64,000 nucleotides of DNA from an uncultured Dehalococcoidia bacterium (GTDB lineage: Bacteria; Chloroflexota; Dehalococcoidia; Lucifugimonadales; UBA2985): NCBI GenBank assembly GCA_964573055.1, contig CAZNIG010000003.1, positions 82,085-146,084 of the forward strand. The letters run 5' to 3'. The stretch's first letter is position 1. Every line of letters starts with the position of its first letter. This document shows, piece after piece, positions 32,497-41,725 of this stretch. Both the position numbers and the translations under genes were made by a program. Under the pieces are notes generated by a model that searched no databases, was not told where the DNA came from, and worked only from the letters and a program-made list of their open reading frames with translations.

Positions 32497-33120
32497 CACC
32501 AGAGCCTCATAATATTCAGCGATAACGAGGGAGTGCATTTTATACCCTCTGTCAAGAGATGTGCAATCCCTGACAATGCCGATGATTTATACCTCTAGCT
32601 GATCAGATTACAATTTAGCTCCAAGGAATTCATATTTACATAACTTATACCTATCGTGTCTCCCTTGGATGAGATATTCCGGCATTTGTAGTTAAAGTAA
32701 CCCGGATTATTAATGGTAAGTGGACCAAGTTTCAAGTTGATAACCTATCTGGTATCTGTTCGTACCCTGACGCTCAGGGTAAACTTTATGTGAATATGTG
32801 AAATATAATTACAGGCCGGTCAACCTGATATCTGCTCTAGTTAAGTATCCTTTGAAGGCACAGCATTAGTTTCACTAAGCATCTGTAGTTTAGCAAAGGA
32901 CGGCATCTATGTGAATTTCACGAATGCCTGAGCTTGCCTATCAAATCACAAGATAGAAATCACACTCTTCTAATGATTCATTGCCCTTTTATATCTTCTG
33001 CACACACATTTCCTTGGAGAGGATTGGCCGAATTTAATACTGGCAATTCCTGAAGTACCTTATAGATCCCAGAATAAACCACTTGGAGGGTTGTATCCAT
33101 TCCTGCCAACCAGTTCGTTG

Positions 33121-34344
33121 TTAGTAGATCACACCCTCCTCGGTCAATCGCTCAATTTCGTCTTCAGAAACGCCTAGAATATCATGGAATACGAAATGGT
33201 TATCCTGGTCTAAAACCGGAGAATGTGAATAACGGCGCTCAGGGATAGCGCTGAAGATACCCTGCATTCCCATTTGGAGCCGTTTACCAGTCTCTGGATG
33301 GTCTATTTCTATAAACTGTCCCCTATGTTGCAATTGCGGGTCATTAATCATGTCTAGATTGTTCTGGGAGGGTCCGGCAGGTATACCCTCTGCTTGCAAA
33401 AGCTCCATGATATCTGTAGCCTCTAGAGGTCTTGTCCATTCCGTAATCAGGGCGTCAAGCTCAACCAGGTGCTTCTGCCTCTGAGACAAATCTACAAACC
33501 GTTTGTCCTGGCACCATTCTGGGTGACCAACAACTCTACAGAAAGATGCCCATTGCGCTTCAGTCTGTACAGCAATAGCAACCCATTTGTCATCACCCTG
33601 ACACCTATACACATTATGAGGTGCTGCCATAGCATCCAAGTTTCCCGTAGGGCTTGCGACACGTCCATTCATCGCATAGTCAAGTAACTGCCCCGGGATC
33701 ATATCCATTACCGCTTCTGCCATCGAGAGATCTATATATAAGCCCTGCCCTGTCTGCTGTCGGTTATACAGCGCAGCCATCGTAAGATAAGCCACTGCAA
33801 TACCCATCACGTAGTCTGGCCAAGTACCGCCCATACTAGTCGGAGGCCCACCTTGGTAACCCATCATGGACGGGAGACTAGCAAAAGCCTGGTTTGCTGG
33901 GCCAAATCCTGTCACATCCTTAAGAGGGCCTGTTTTACCTAAAGATGAAACAGAGGCATGAATTATGTCTGGTCGTAAAAACCGTGTCCACTCATATGTA
34001 AGCTCAAACCGGTCGACAACTGGCCCGGTAAAGGCTTCAATAACGACATCACTAGTCTTAATCAGTTCATGTGCCAATTCCCGCGCTCTAGGCTTAGTCA
34101 AGTCTAGACAACAACTATACTTAGAGTAATTAAGGGAATTATAACCACCAGCTCTATTCCAAACTGGCTCTGGGCCGGGAACGTGGCTACCGTGTTGGCC
34201 ACCGCGCATCACATCTGTATGAGCCTTGCTTTCTACCTTGATGACCTCCGCCCCCATCGTCGCTAGCCACTCCGTTCCAAGGGGGGCTGTAATAACCCAC
34301 CCAAAATCCGCCACCCTAATTCCTTCGAAAGGTAGCTTGCCCAT
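33121..34344 (-). CDS. Class III CoA-transferase (CaiB/BaiF), catalytic-Asp subunit
   Basis: GIRVADFGWVITAP, MGAEVIKVES, WPDY and GQGLYIDLSM motifs; AAGGAGGG RBS before ATG 34344. Confidence 0.93.
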   Translation of the reverse strand: MGKLPFEGIRVADFGWVITAPLGTEWLATMGAEVIKVESKAHTDVMRGGQHGSHVPGPEPVWNRAGGYNSLNYSKYSCCLDLTKPRARELAHELIKTSDVVIEAFTGPVVDRFELTYEWTRFLRPDIIHASVSSLGKTGPLKDVTGFGPANQAFASLPSMMGYQGGPPTSMGGTWPDYVMGIAVAYLTMAALYNRQQTGQGLYIDLSMAEAVMDMIPGQLLDYAMNGRVASPTGNLDAMAAPHNVYRCQGDDKWVAIAVQTEAQWASFCRVVGHPEWCQDKRFVDLSQRQKHLVELDALITEWTRPLEATDIMELLQAEGIPAGPSQNNLDMINDPQLQHRGQFIEIDHPETGKRLQMGMQGIFSAIPERRYSHSPVLDQDNHFVFHDILGVSEDEIERLTEEGVIY

Positions 34345-34374
34345 TTTCCCCTCCTTAACCAAAAAGCCCGTCTA

Positions 34375-35589
34375 TCAGATAACTCCAGCCTTGGCCAGCA
34401 ATGCAATGTCATCTGTAGTTCTGTGCAATTCGTTGACAAAAATTTCTTCGTTATGTTCCCCAAGCATCGGCGAACGCCTTCGAATAGTCGGTTGTTGGCC
34501 TGAGAGCTTATAAGGAATCCCCGGAAATGGAAATGCACCGGCTATCGGATGATTCACTTCCTGAAAGAATTCACGGTACTGAAATTGCTCGGCAGTATAT
34601 ACATCCGAAACATCATTAACGGGGAAGCAAGAAAGTCCTGCTCGCTGGCCCATTTCGAATAATTCCGCTTTAGTATGATCCATCATCCAAGCCATTACCA
34701 TTGCATCTAGCTCAGCTATATTTTCTCGCCTAGAAGCTTGAGTTGCACAAATATCCCGAGTGGTCCATTCAGGATTATCCATAATGTCACATAGGCGCTT
34801 CCATGTAGGATCGTTGCCTTGAGCGCCAAATCCTGCGAAATAACCGTCCTTACAAGGTTTAAATCTTGGTATTCCTGTCCCTTCTCGATTTGTCACCTCT
34901 CCGGCAAATGAAAACCTAGTGACATTCGGACGTTGAGTGCTCGCTATGGCTTCTTGCTCCGAGATATCAACGTGCTGTCCTTCTCCGGTATTACCTCTAT
35001 GGTAGAGGGCAAGGAAGGTAGATGCGGCAGCCAGCCAACCAGCCACAAAATACCCCTGATAACCCGGTCCCTTCAATGGCGATTCACGTTCCGGATCAGT
35101 AACATCTCCTATAGGCGTTTCGTAACCCACACCACCCATATGGAAAAGTACCAATTCACTCCCTAGAAAGTCTCGATATGGTCCAGTCTGCCCAAAAGGA
35201 CTTATTGATACCATTATTAACCGAGGGTTTAGCTGTTTTAGGTACTTGTAGGTTAGGCCAACGTCCTCTACTCGGCTCGGCACGTGGTTCTCTATAAGTA
35301 TGTCAGCCCCAGTAACCAACTCCTTGAATATTTGTTTGCCTTCAGCTCTTGTTAGATCCAGTGATATCCCACGCTTGTTACAATTCAGGTAAAGATAGAG
35401 CCCACTTTTCTCAATATGCTCCTCATCTTTAGGGAAAGGTCCTAGTCGTCTGGCGTAATCCCCTGAACCAGGCTCCTCTATCTTCACGACATCAGCACCC
35501 ATGTCTGCCAGCAGCCTGCTAGCCCAAGGGCCAGATACCAAGTCACCCCACTCAATAACTCGAATTCCATCAAGTATCCCGTGAGTCAT
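34375..35589 (-). CDS. Class III CoA-transferase (CaiB/BaiF), partner subunit lacking the catalytic Asp
   Basis: GIRVIEWG..GPWASRLLADMGADVVKIE, NKRGISLDL and PMLGEHN motifs; GGAGGG RBS before ATG 35589. Confidence 0.92.
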   Translation of the reverse strand: MTHGILDGIRVIEWGDLVSGPWASRLLADMGADVVKIEEPGSGDYARRLGPFPKDEEHIEKSGLYLYLNCNKRGISLDLTRAEGKQIFKELVTGADILIENHVPSRVEDVGLTYKYLKQLNPRLIMVSISPFGQTGPYRDFLGSELVLFHMGGVGYETPIGDVTDPERESPLKGPGYQGYFVAGWLAAASTFLALYHRGNTGEGQHVDISEQEAIASTQRPNVTRFSFAGEVTNREGTGIPRFKPCKDGYFAGFGAQGNDPTWKRLCDIMDNPEWTTRDICATQASRRENIAELDAMVMAWMMDHTKAELFEMGQRAGLSCFPVNDVSDVYTAEQFQYREFFQEVNHPIAGAFPFPGIPYKLSGQQPTIRRRSPMLGEHNEEIFVNELHRTTDDIALLAKAGVI

Positions 35590-35753
35590 CGCTACCCTCC
35601 GTCGCTTCCCAGCCATGGCGCAGCGCTTCAGCAGCCCACAAACGAGCCATCTGTGGGAATCCGTGTTCTTGATTTGCGGCTGTACGCGCAACAGGCGACC
35701 GGGAGATAATTAACCCTAGTGGATTCGGGTTGCTTCAAGGATTGCTAGGGACA

Positions 35754-35783
35754 AGTCTACTTATATAGGCACGATATTGTCAA
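35754..35783 (-). promoter_or_regulatory. Sigma70-type promoter for the CoA-transferase pair
   Basis: TTGACA-18 bp-TAGACT. Confidence 0.55.
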
Positions 35784-35893
35784 TATTCCTGGGATTCTGG
35801 AGTATAAGAAAACGTAAACCCGATCTAACATATCTTAAGACTATCGTTTCATAGACAATAGGAGAAGTTACTATTCCGTTGATTATTGCTTTA

Positions 35894-35922
35894 TTGACGC
35901 GACTTTAGGCTCTAGCTATACT
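35894..35922 (+). promoter_or_regulatory. Sigma70-type promoter for the pnt operon
   Basis: TTGACG-17 bp-TATACT. Confidence 0.7.
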
Positions 35923-36008
35923 TACCTAGACCGTAGCCTTTGGCTGGTCGTATATCATTAGTGATATAACTTAGCCATAAAGTCACCAAATCCCTGTGGA
36001 GTGTCCAA

Positions 36009-37169
36009 ATGAAGATCGGGGTTCCCAAAGAAATCATCGCTGGCGAACGCCGGGTAGCCTTGGCACCAGATGCAGTAGCCAAGCTGGTTGAAAGCGGCGT
36101 AGAAGTAGTCGTTGAGGCTGGTGCAGGTAACAACGCATTGTTCCCAGATGATAGATACATTGAATCCGGAGCCAAAATAGAACCAGATGCCAGCACCCTA
36201 CTTGGAAATGTTGACCTTGTGCTCAAGGTCCAGGCCCCCGTGGTTAACCAAAAAACAGGCAAACACGAAGTAGAGATGATGGCCAAAGGTGCGACTGTCA
36301 TCGCCTTACTCCAACCCCTAACTAACCTTGACCTAGTAAGTATGTTAAGAGACAGGGGAATCACCTCACTTAGCATGGATACGATACCTCGTATCGCCCG
36401 TGCACAGAGTATGGACGCTCTTTCCTCTATGAGTTCTCTCGCCGGATACAAAGCAGCGTTAATAGCTGCTAATTCCCTTACAAAATATCTCCCTATGATG
36501 ATTACAGCCGCAGGCACATACCCGCCCGCCAAAGGATTAGTACTCGGAGCTGGTGTAGCTGGGCTACAAGCCATTGCTACTTCTAGAAGGTTGGGAGCAG
36601 TGATGGAAGCGTTTGATGTACGTCCCATAGTAAGAGAGCAGGTAGAAAGCCTAGGTGCCGTATTCGTAGGAACACCGGAGAATCTACATGAGACCGAAAC
36701 TCCTGGCGGCTATGCTAAGGAACTCGCAGAGGAAACACAGAGACAAGAACGAGAACTCATCAAAGCTCATGCCACAGCAGCAGATTTCATCATCAGCACA
36801 GCGCTGATCCCTGGAAGACGGGCTCCTTTGCTTATTCCTGAGGACACTGTTAAGGAAATGAAGCCTGGATCGGTTATAGTAGACTTGGCTGCCGAAGCTG
36901 GTGGCAACTGCGAAAGTACCGAACCTGGATCGGAAGTAGTAAAACACGACGTGATAATACACGGACCCCTAAACCTCCCCAGCACCATGCCAGTACATGC
37001 AACACAAATGTACTCGAGAAACATATCAAATCTTGTGGGACATTTAATAAAGGATCACGAACTTGCCCTAGACTTCGAAGATCAGATCGTACAAGGATGC
37101 TGTATCACATTCGATGGCAAGGTGGTCTCAGATGCCGTAAGGCACCTAATAGAAAACATTCAGGCGTAA
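36009..37169 (+). CDS. pntAA: NAD(P) transhydrogenase subunit alpha part 1 (domain I)
   Basis: GERRVA, RAQSMDALSSM, GAGVAGLQAI and GGYAK motifs. Confidence 0.96.
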   Translation: MKIGVPKEIIAGERRVALAPDAVAKLVESGVEVVVEAGAGNNALFPDDRYIESGAKIEPDASTLLGNVDLVLKVQAPVVNQKTGKHEVEMMAKGATVIALLQPLTNLDLVSMLRDRGITSLSMDTIPRIARAQSMDALSSMSSLAGYKAALIAANSLTKYLPMMITAAGTYPPAKGLVLGAGVAGLQAIATSRRLGAVMEAFDVRPIVREQVESLGAVFVGTPENLHETETPGGYAKELAEETQRQERELIKAHATAADFIISTALIPGRRAPLLIPEDTVKEMKPGSVIVDLAAEAGGNCESTEPGSEVVKHDVIIHGPLNLPSTMPVHATQMYSRNISNLVGHLIKDHELALDFEDQIVQGCCITFDGKVVSDAVRHLIENIQA

Positions 37170-37205
37170 ATTAGAGGCAAATAAAGGACTGAAAAAGGTA
37201 ATCAG

Positions 37206-37505
37206 ATGATTGAAGGACTATTAGTATCACTTTTCATATTTGTCTTAGCTGTATTGCTCGGCTTTGAAGTTATCAGCAAAGTCCCACCCATATTACACAC
37301 GCCTCTTATGTCCGGATCTAATGCGATATCAGGAGTAGTACTAATTGGAGCGCTTGTAGTAGCAGGTCGTGGCGACACACTTACTGGAACCATAATCGGA
37401 ATGAGCGCCGTGATACTAGCAACAATTAACGTAGTGGGTGGATTCCTAGTAACTGATCGGATGCTACAGATGTTCAAGAAACGCCCAGATGAGCCAACCA
37501 AATGA
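37206..37505 (+). CDS. pntAB: NAD(P) transhydrogenase subunit alpha part 2
   Basis: LHTPLMSGSNAISG and GGFLVTDRMLQMF motifs. Confidence 0.96.
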   Translation: MIEGLLVSLFIFVLAVLLGFEVISKVPPILHTPLMSGSNAISGVVLIGALVVAGRGDTLTGTIIGMSAVILATINVVGGFLVTDRMLQMFKKRPDEPTK

Positions 37506-38896
37506 CCACCGTTACACTCATTAATATCGCCTACCTCCTCGCAGCCGTACTTTTCATTATGGGACTTAAAAGGCTGAGCTCTCCAGCTACTGCTAGGTCT
37601 GGCAATACGATGGGAGCCACCGGCATGTTGATAGCCGTGTTGGCAACACTTTTAAATCAGGAAATCTTAAACTACTCGCAGATAGCCATCGGTATTATCT
37701 TCGGAAGCGTTTTGGGTACTATATTAGCCCGGACAATTAAGATGACAGCGATGCCACAGATGGTAGCAATATTCAACGGCCTAGGAGGAGCAGCCTCGGC
37801 ACTCGTGGCTTGCGGGGAATTTAATAAACTGATATCAGGTAACCTTACAATAGATACTGATGTTGGAATAACTATAATGCTCGGCACAGTTATAGGCACG
37901 GTTACAGTAACTGGGAGCCTAGTGGCATTTGGGAAGCTTCAAGACTTGCTCGTACCATCTAGGGCAATTAGCTCACCAATCATCAAAGCCTTAAACCCGC
38001 TCCTATTCACAAGCATATTGATCATGATGGGCTATCTTGTACTAGGAGAGGCAAATACATCTATATTCTTAGCATTGATTGCGATCTCCCTAATATTGGG
38101 AATTCTATTGGTAATACCCATAGGCGGAGCAGACATGCCTGTGGTCATAGCACTCCTAAACTCATACTCCGGTCTGGCAGCAGCAGCAGCGGGTTTTGTT
38201 CTAGACAATATGATACTGATTATTAGTGGATCATTAGTTGGAGCATCAGGCTTTATCCTCACCCAGATAATGTGCTCTGCCATGAACCGCTCCATTTGGA
38301 ATGTAATGTTCGGAGCTTTTGGAGCAAGCACAGTATCTGTAGGAGGAGACACGAGCGATGGACGGCAGGCTCAAGCCACGTCTGCTGAGGACTCTGCTAT
38401 AGTATTGGCCTATGCACGATCAGTAATATTCGTTCCGGGTTACGGCCTTGCAGCAGCGCAGGCCCAACACCAAGTGCGGGAGCTTTCAGACTTGCTCCAG
38501 AGCAGGGGAGTAGACGTCAAGCACGCGATCCACCCCGTAGCCGGCAGAATGCCTGGACATATGAATGTTCTTCTCGCAGAAGCAGACGTTCCCTACGATC
38601 ACCTTTTTGCTATGGAAGAAGTAAACGACGAGTTTGAGCGAGCTGATGTGGCTATCGTTGTAGGTGCTAACGACGTAACCAATCCAGTATCTAGAGATAT
38701 CCCAGACAGCCCTATCTACGGTATGCCAATCCTCAATGTTGATAGAGCTAGAAATATAATATTCATAAAACGTAGCCTGAGCCCGGGATTCGCAGGAATA
38801 GACAATCCTTTATTCTACAATCCTAAAACCAGGATGTTATTCGACGACGCGAGGCGAGCATTAACAAACCTGGTGACAGCTATTAAGAGTATGTAG
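37502..38896 (+). CDS. pntB: NAD(P) transhydrogenase subunit beta
   Basis: MPQMVA, IGGADMPVVI, HPVAGRMPGHMNVLLAEA and GANDVTNP motifs. Confidence 0.98.
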   Translation: MTTVTLINIAYLLAAVLFIMGLKRLSSPATARSGNTMGATGMLIAVLATLLNQEILNYSQIAIGIIFGSVLGTILARTIKMTAMPQMVAIFNGLGGAASALVACGEFNKLISGNLTIDTDVGITIMLGTVIGTVTVTGSLVAFGKLQDLLVPSRAISSPIIKALNPLLFTSILIMMGYLVLGEANTSIFLALIAISLILGILLVIPIGGADMPVVIALLNSYSGLAAAAAGFVLDNMILIISGSLVGASGFILTQIMCSAMNRSIWNVMFGAFGASTVSVGGDTSDGRQAQATSAEDSAIVLAYARSVIFVPGYGLAAAQAQHQVRELSDLLQSRGVDVKHAIHPVAGRMPGHMNVLLAEADVPYDHLFAMEEVNDEFERADVAIVVGANDVTNPVSRDIPDSPIYGMPILNVDRARNIIFIKRSLSPGFAGIDNPLFYNPKTRMLFDDARRALTNLVTAIKSM

Positions 38897-38912
38897 GGCT
38901 ATTGGAATACGG

Positions 38913-39254
38913 CTAAAGGTACCTTACAAAACGATTCTGGCTGTCCACCAAAATGTTCACTGGAGACAAGATTTCGTCTGTTAGTTCAAAACCCATGATG
39001 ATTATCTCATCCTCTACCTTAATCAAATGTGCAGATGCCCCGTTCATACATATAACACCAGAACCTCTTTCACCCACCATCACGTAAGTTTCAAGCCTGG
39101 CTCCATTTGTGTTATCAACTACCAGCACTCTTTCACCGGACCATAAACCAGACCTCTCCACCAAATCTTCGTCTATAGTAATGCTGCCAACGTAGCTTAC
39201 ATCAGATTGGGTAACGGTAGCTTTGTGAATCTTGGATCTGAGTATCCAGCGCAT
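38913..39254 (-). CDS. panD: Aspartate 1-decarboxylase
   Basis: SKIHKATVT, Y.GSITID autocleavage site and NGARLETY. Confidence 0.95.
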   Translation of the reverse strand: MRWILRSKIHKATVTQSDVSYVGSITIDEDLVERSGLWSGERVLVVDNTNGARLETYVMVGERGSGVICMNGASAHLIKVEDEIIIMGFELTDEILSPVNILVDSQNRFVRYL

Positions 39255-39377
39255 CGAGCGTAGTCTCCCTTATCGTAGTGACGATCTGCAATTCGCATGA
39301 ACTCTAAGTGAATAGGACTCGATTATACCCCGCTATACGATCGTTTGGTCAAGGATATATAAGTTGTCCAAGGCATA

Positions 39378-39422
39378 AAAACAGGATGGGCCTCAGCGCC
39401 CGAAAGCTCATGAGGCCCATCC
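39378..39422 (-). terminator. Intrinsic terminator after glnK
   Basis: Perfect 12-bp stem GGATGGGCCTCA/TGAGGCCCATCC followed by TGTTTTT on the minus strand. Confidence 0.85.
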
Positions 39423-39452
39423 AACTACTGCAATCTAGAATTTGATACCACT

Positions 39453-39794
39453 TTACATTGCGGCCTCTCCGGCCTCCCCAGTACGCACCCTTATCACATC
39501 GGATACTTCGCTAATAAATATCTTGCCGTCACCAATTTCACCACTTCGCGTTGCAGACACTATCGCTTCGACAACAACATCTTTCTTATTGTCTGGTATG
39601 ACCGTGACCAGTAATGTCTTTTGAACAGCAGAGCGGGCAGCTCGACCACCCCTAGATGTAACTATTTCTACACCCTGCTGCTGACCCTGACCAGTCACAT
39701 TTTGGTAGTGAAAGCCTGTCACACCGGCTTCTAACAAGGCACTGGTAACCGTGTTGACCCTCTCTGGCCTAAATATCGCCTCTACCTTTAACAT
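39453..39794 (-). CDS. glnK: P-II family nitrogen regulator (GlnK-like, divergent T-loop)
   Basis: EAIFRP, SGEIGDGKIF and VIRVRTGE motifs; downstream of amt. Confidence 0.9.
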   Translation of the reverse strand: MLKVEAIFRPERVNTVTSALLEAGVTGFHYQNVTGQGQQQGVEIVTSRGGRAARSAVQKTLLVTVIPDNKKDVVVEAIVSATRSGEIGDGKIFISEVSDVIRVRTGEAGEAAM

Positions 39795-39893
39795 CTCTAT
39801 CTCAACTTTCTAGTTCGTTAGTACACCTTATGCAGGACACCAACCTCACGAAGCCCTTAGCCAACCTACTGACTGTAAGCCGATGGCCTAAAC

Positions 39894-41108
39894 CTAGTCT
39901 GCGCCATCACTAACGGACGCCTGCTCTCCATGTACTGCTAGATCCAAGCCCACATCTTCATCTGCCTCGGGCGCCCTCAAGCCTAATCCCGGTATCTTAT
40001 CAAGTATCAACAGTATGAGCAGAGAAGCCAAGCCAGAGTAGGCCATGGTACCAACAACGCCCACAGCCTGCTTCCCTAGCTGGGCTGCATTACCTGATTC
40101 TATTAAACCATCCACACCGGCAATAGCACTAACGGTGAAGATGCCTGTCGCCAATGCACCCCATATTCCGCCAATACCATGTACTGCAAATACATCCAAG
40201 GCGTCATCAAGACCAGTAGAATGCATAACCTCAACGGCAAAGAAGCAGATTATTCCTGCCCCTAGACCAATCCCTATAGAACCCATAACTCCTACTGCTC
40301 CAGCTGCGGGAGTTATAGCGACCAAACCAGCTACTGCCCCTGTTGCCACACCGACAGCCCCCATTTTCCCAGTCTTGATCTGAGAGATTATCCCCCAGGT
40401 TAAAGCTGCCGTCGCAGCAGCGACATTAGTGACAAGAAATGCGTTAACTGCAAAATGATCGGCAGCAAGCGCAGAACCCGCATTGAAACCAAACCAGCCT
40501 AGCCAAAGAATCGCTGCCCCCAGAACCACATAGGGAGCGTTGTTGGGTTGCAGGCCAGGGTTGCGTCGCTTTCCTACCAGTAAGGCTGCTGCTATAGCTG
40601 CCATACCTGCATTGATATGAATCACAGTCCCACCTGCGAAATCTAAGGCTCCCAATTCAGAAATCCAACCACCACCCCAAACCCAGTGAGTAATCGGCGA
40701 GTAGACCACTGTGCTCCAAATAACGAGAAACACCAAATATGTCGTGAACTTGAACCGTTCAGCAAAGGCTCCCGTGATAAGGGCAGGAGTTATAATTGCA
40801 AACATCATCTGAAATATGACGTCGGTTAGAGGTGGGTACGATGCATCTGCTCCAGGCTCGAACGCAATCCCTCTCAACATCACCATAGAGAAATCACCCA
40901 CCCATTGATTGCCTTCCCCGAAAGCCAGACTATATCCCCATAGAACCCAAACAATACTCACCACTGCGATGGCTATAAAACTCAACATTATCGTGTTGAC
41001 CAGATTTTTCGCCCTGACAAGCCCTCCGTAGAAGAAGGCCAGCCCCGGTGTCATGAAGAACACCAAGGCAGATGCGGTCAACATCCAGGCTGTATGTCCC
41101 GTATCCAT
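39894..41108 (-). CDS. amtB: Ammonium transporter
   Basis: TPGLAFFYGG, FQMMFAIIT, DFAGGTVIH and DDALDVFAVHG (twin His conserved). Confidence 0.97.
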   Translation of the reverse strand: MDTGHTAWMLTASALVFFMTPGLAFFYGGLVRAKNLVNTIMLSFIAIAVVSIVWVLWGYSLAFGEGNQWVGDFSMVMLRGIAFEPGADASYPPLTDVIFQMMFAIITPALITGAFAERFKFTTYLVFLVIWSTVVYSPITHWVWGGGWISELGALDFAGGTVIHINAGMAAIAAALLVGKRRNPGLQPNNAPYVVLGAAILWLGWFGFNAGSALAADHFAVNAFLVTNVAAATAALTWGIISQIKTGKMGAVGVATGAVAGLVAITPAAGAVGVMGSIGIGLGAGIICFFAVEVMHSTGLDDALDVFAVHGIGGIWGALATGIFTVSAIAGVDGLIESGNAAQLGKQAVGVVGTMAYSGLASLLILLILDKIPGLGLRAPEADEDVGLDLAVHGEQASVSDGAD

Positions 41109-41177
41109 AACTTACTTACCCTCCAGTAAAGATATACGTATTATTACTCGCGTATGTTTCCGATAGTTGAACGCTAC

Positions 41178-41215
41178 GTTAAGCAGGAGTAAATTTCCTG
41201 TTACCAACATGTTAC
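41178..41215 (-). promoter_or_regulatory. Four 11-bp-phased pentamers (GlnR-box-like operator) upstream of amtB
   Basis: Minus strand GTAAC-N6-GTAAC-N6-TTTAC-N6-TTAAC. Confidence 0.6.
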
Positions 41216-41725
41216 ACCCGTGGTCAAATGACTTCTCAAAGCGCATCTGCAAGTTACGTATATGGACCTATCAGGCCCAATATTTGGCTATTATCGTACT
41301 TCATAAATCCTTGACACATCTCCCATCTTCCCATAGTCTATGACTCCACGGCAAATAATTGTAGTCTCCAGATAGGACCTCCTTAGAGTCTAGCCTACTG
41401 AGTGCTACCCGGATATCAAACGTATACCCACCCTGATCTGCCTTAGGTTTATAAGACCGTGGACATTTGATCGGCTCGAGTCGTTTCGAGAAATACAAGC
41501 ATCGATGACAATTGAAGTTAGTACCTAGACAATATATGGGTATGAAGATAATGGTAAATAAATGAAAAGTATCTTGGTGTGAATCTCTGCAACATTCCAT
41601 TAAAGTCCATTAAAGTATTTAGAGTCACCCTTTTTATAGAGAGTTGCCATCAACCCCAAAGAACCTCGTATCAATCAACTGACCTTAACTAACCGTAGAA
41701 GACATATAATCGTCATGAGACAAAA

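Noticed and set aside
32788-32812. Rex operator (TTGTGAA-N4-TTCACAA)
   Set aside because: The right half-site does not match and the spacing is off by one
34345-34377. Stop-codon readthrough or selenocysteine fusing the two in-frame CoA-transferase genes
   Set aside because: Two consecutive stops (TGA TAG) and a strong independent RBS before the second gene; being in frame has a 1-in-3 chance
35912-36628. 238-aa antisense ORF over pntAA, plus many other 60-190 aa antisense or overlapping ORFs in the track
   Set aside because: Shadow frames of well-supported genes, with no RBS or motifs
41596-41616. Tandem repeat TCCATTAAAG x2
   Set aside because: Only two copies in AT-rich intergenic DNA; likely a slippage duplication, not CRISPR or an iteron
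41240-41725. T-box riboswitch upstream of ileS, and the 99-aa ORF 41301..41600
   Set aside because: No T-box consensus (GGTGGxACC) or specifier stem, and a TATAAT lies only ~15 bp before the ATG; the ORF has no RBS or recognisable composition
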